Shown here one piece after another: positions 61,428 to 64,000 of a DNA stretch of 64,000 bases. This DNA comes from Hemiscyllium ocellatum (taxonomy: Eukaryota), in assembly GCF_020745735.1 (NCBI RefSeq), contig NC_083409.1:16738303-16802302 (forward strand), in the 5' to 3' direction. The position numbers and the translations under genes were made by a program. Position 1 is the first letter of the stretch. Every line of letters starts with the position of its first letter. Below the pieces are notes generated by a model. That model was not told where the DNA came from, made no database searches, and saw only the letters and a program-made list of their open reading frames with translations.

Positions 61428-64000
61428 AATTTGTCAGGAAGAACTCAAGAGAAAGCCATTAGTGGGTGTAAGAGGGTAAGACAGACTAGTGTCAGATGTC
61501 ATTGAATGCACCATAAATGCACTAAAGCTGTTGGGATAGAGCAGGGCAATGGGATTAATTGAATTTTTCTATTGAGAGCTTTCCTGGTTGGAATGATAAA
61601 CGTTAAACGGTGAAGTGTAGCTCATATTGTAAACAATGTACTGCAGTGGGCAAGAAAGGATGTTGAGCAACATAAACGCTTAAAATTGGGAAAGAAAATC
61701 AGAAAAAAAGAAATGGGAAAGGGCAATGGGACTTCGGAATGAATATTGAGAGTGAGGAGATGGAGGGGAGAGTGGCCAGGACAGCTGGACTGAAGAATGG
61801 TTAGGTCACATCTGGGATATGGTGTACAGTTAGGGGCTTCATTGAGGGGCATTGCAGAATGGGGCAGGGACAGGGATAGGGGATCTAGGTTACAGGGAAA
61901 CACCAGAACAGAATCTCGAGGGGGAGGGAGAGTATTCTGATAACAAAACTTCTTGATAAAATCGACACAGTAAATGTAGATTTAATGTCAATACTGACAA
62001 ACAGAAAGGCAAAATGACACATTCTCTGGTCATACACCAGGAACAGGAGGGAGATCAGGAAAAATATTTTGATATAGAAATTGGAATTTAGCAAGTGCTG
62101 GTAAACTGAGTCGTCCATTCTAAATGGGACAGAATTACTTCTTGAAATTTGAACAGGTCTGAAGCAAAAGAGCAAATTAGGATCAAATAGTCATTTGAGA
62201 ATATTAAACTGGCCTGAAAAACGTCTGGCTTTTGGAAGCTTTTTGTTTTGACCTCTTCAGGACAATTTTGTTTTTTGAAACATTCAAATGAGGATCAGTT
62301 TGGAGAGAAAGAATGAAGATGGAAATGTATTAAGTTAACAATGAAAATTGATCTAAATTCAGCAGAGACCAGGATAGCTTCACCTTGAACTTAATACAGG
62401 AATTACCAGGTGAAATTTAATCACTGGAATGATTTAACTACCTTCCACCAGTTTGATTGTTTGAATTGTTCATCAGTTATTTGGATTACTCCTGGGATGG
62501 GGAGGACAATGATATGTCTGCTGTTTATTGCCCTTCCCTATCTATCCTGGAGAGGGCGGTGGTGAGCCATGAGTTTCTCAAAGAGGATCTGACAGTGGGA
62601 CTAGCTCATGTGCTGGGCCTGAGTACAGCTGTCCCTCAGGAGAATGAGCTGTGGCACAAGGGAAAACCTGGGAGTGGTGAAAAGGCACAGGCAGACCGGC
62701 TAGGTTGCAGAGGGACAGAACCAGGTTTGACAAATGAGCTGAGGTCCTTCCGAGCTGAGTTGCAGACTCAGGCTTTCAGGGCCGCACAGCTTACACTGTT
62801 ACTGACCATAGCTCCATGGTTGATGAGACCTGCCCCAGGAGAACATCCACAGAAAGCTGTCTCCTGTGTGTCTGATGTGTCTGTGTGTCTCTCAGACGTG
62901 ACAGAGCAGGCAGCAAGAGATTCAGCAGCAACAAAGATGTTACTCTAGTAGCCCTCCCACTTTCACCCAGCGACTTACAAACTCCTTCCGGGGAAAGGGC
63001 TCAGCACCTGCTATCGCCTGCTTCAATCTGTCCTACACCCCACCTCAAGACAACTGATCCCACTGCCCCCTGCCCCTATCATCTGTTCACCATCTCTCTC
63101 CTGAAGGCACTATCTCTGGCTGGGAAACATCTCTAGCCTCCCCAGGTGGTCTCATTCCTCCAAGTGTGGGCTGGGATGGGGAAGCAAGGCAGGCTGTTGG
63201 ACCGGGAGGTTTCAGCCTGGTCCCAGTGGGGAGCACTCTCCCCTCCCACTCACAATGTAGCAGACTGGGTGGATGAGCCATTGGGAAATGCAGGTTGCAG
63301 GGATAGTGCATTGGTTTAGATCTGGGTGGGATGCTCTTCGGAGGATGGGTGTGAACTCATTGGAGTGAATGGCCTGTTCGACGTTGTACGGATTCCATCA
63401 TTACATGATTCTATCACTGAAGCAAATGATCCAGGCTGAGAGTGCAGTGCAACATTGTCAGAAGGTCAGTACTGAGGGACTGCCACACTGTCAGAGGGAC
63501 AGTACTGAGGGAGTGCCACACTGTCAGAGGGTCAGTACTGAGGGAGTGCCACACTGTCAGAGGGACAGTCCTGAGGGAGTGCCACACTATTGAAGGGTCA
63601 GTACTGAGAGAGTGTTGCACTAATGGTGGGTCAGTACTGAGGGAGTGCTGCACTGTCAGAGGGTGAGAGCTGAGGGAGGGTTGCACTGTCAGAGGGTGAG
63701 TACTGAGGGAGTGTTGCACTGTCAGAGGGTGAGTACTGAGAAAGTGCCACACTGTCAGAGGGTTCGTACTGAGGGAATGCCGCAATATCAGAAAGTCCAC
63801 ACTGTGGGAGTGCTGCACTGTCAGATAGTTCATGATGAAGGCATGATGCACTGCTGGTGTGTCAATACTGAGGGAGTGCAACACTGTCAGACGTTCAGTT
63901 CTCAGGGATGATCTTTCAGATGGGATATTCTGATGTCTGCCCTCTCAGAGGCCAGTAGAAGATGCCATGACTCTATTAGAAGAGCAGAGCAGATCCCCAT

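Overview
Eukaryotic, repeat-rich DNA from a cartilaginous fish, probably a carpet shark (inferred from the Ig sequence and the SINE/LINE families). The one clearly intact gene is an unrearranged kappa-type (NS4/type III-like) immunoglobulin light-chain cluster on the + strand: leader 15411-15459, V 15645-15941 with a 12-RSS, J 16375-16409 with a 23-RSS, and C 27020-27348 with AATAAA at 27838. Downstream is a mosaic of inverted segmental duplications: an inverted, 5'-truncated C-kappa plus 3'UTR copy (42.2-42.9 kb), block A (32.65-35.76 kb vs 48.25-51.84 kb) and block B (43.35-46.3 kb vs 60.3-64 kb). Block A carries a near-invariant CTCF motif in each arm, so the two sites point away from each other, which is the geometry of an insulator or loop boundary next to the Ig cluster. 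Beside the right CTCF site is a CpG-island promoter (5 CACGTG, 3 E2F sites, ETS, CCAAT, GTAAGT donor), and two RABGAP1/RABGAP1L-like exon relics lie further downstream on the same strand. The remainder is mostly CR1, L2-like and Tx1-like LINEs, V-SINEs, Penelope-like elements (some with minimal hammerhead ribozyme motifs and fold-back insertions), Gypsy and ERV fragments, and minisatellites. Ig coordinates were counted base by base; repeat boundaries are approximate. All family assignments come from recalled motifs, not database searches.
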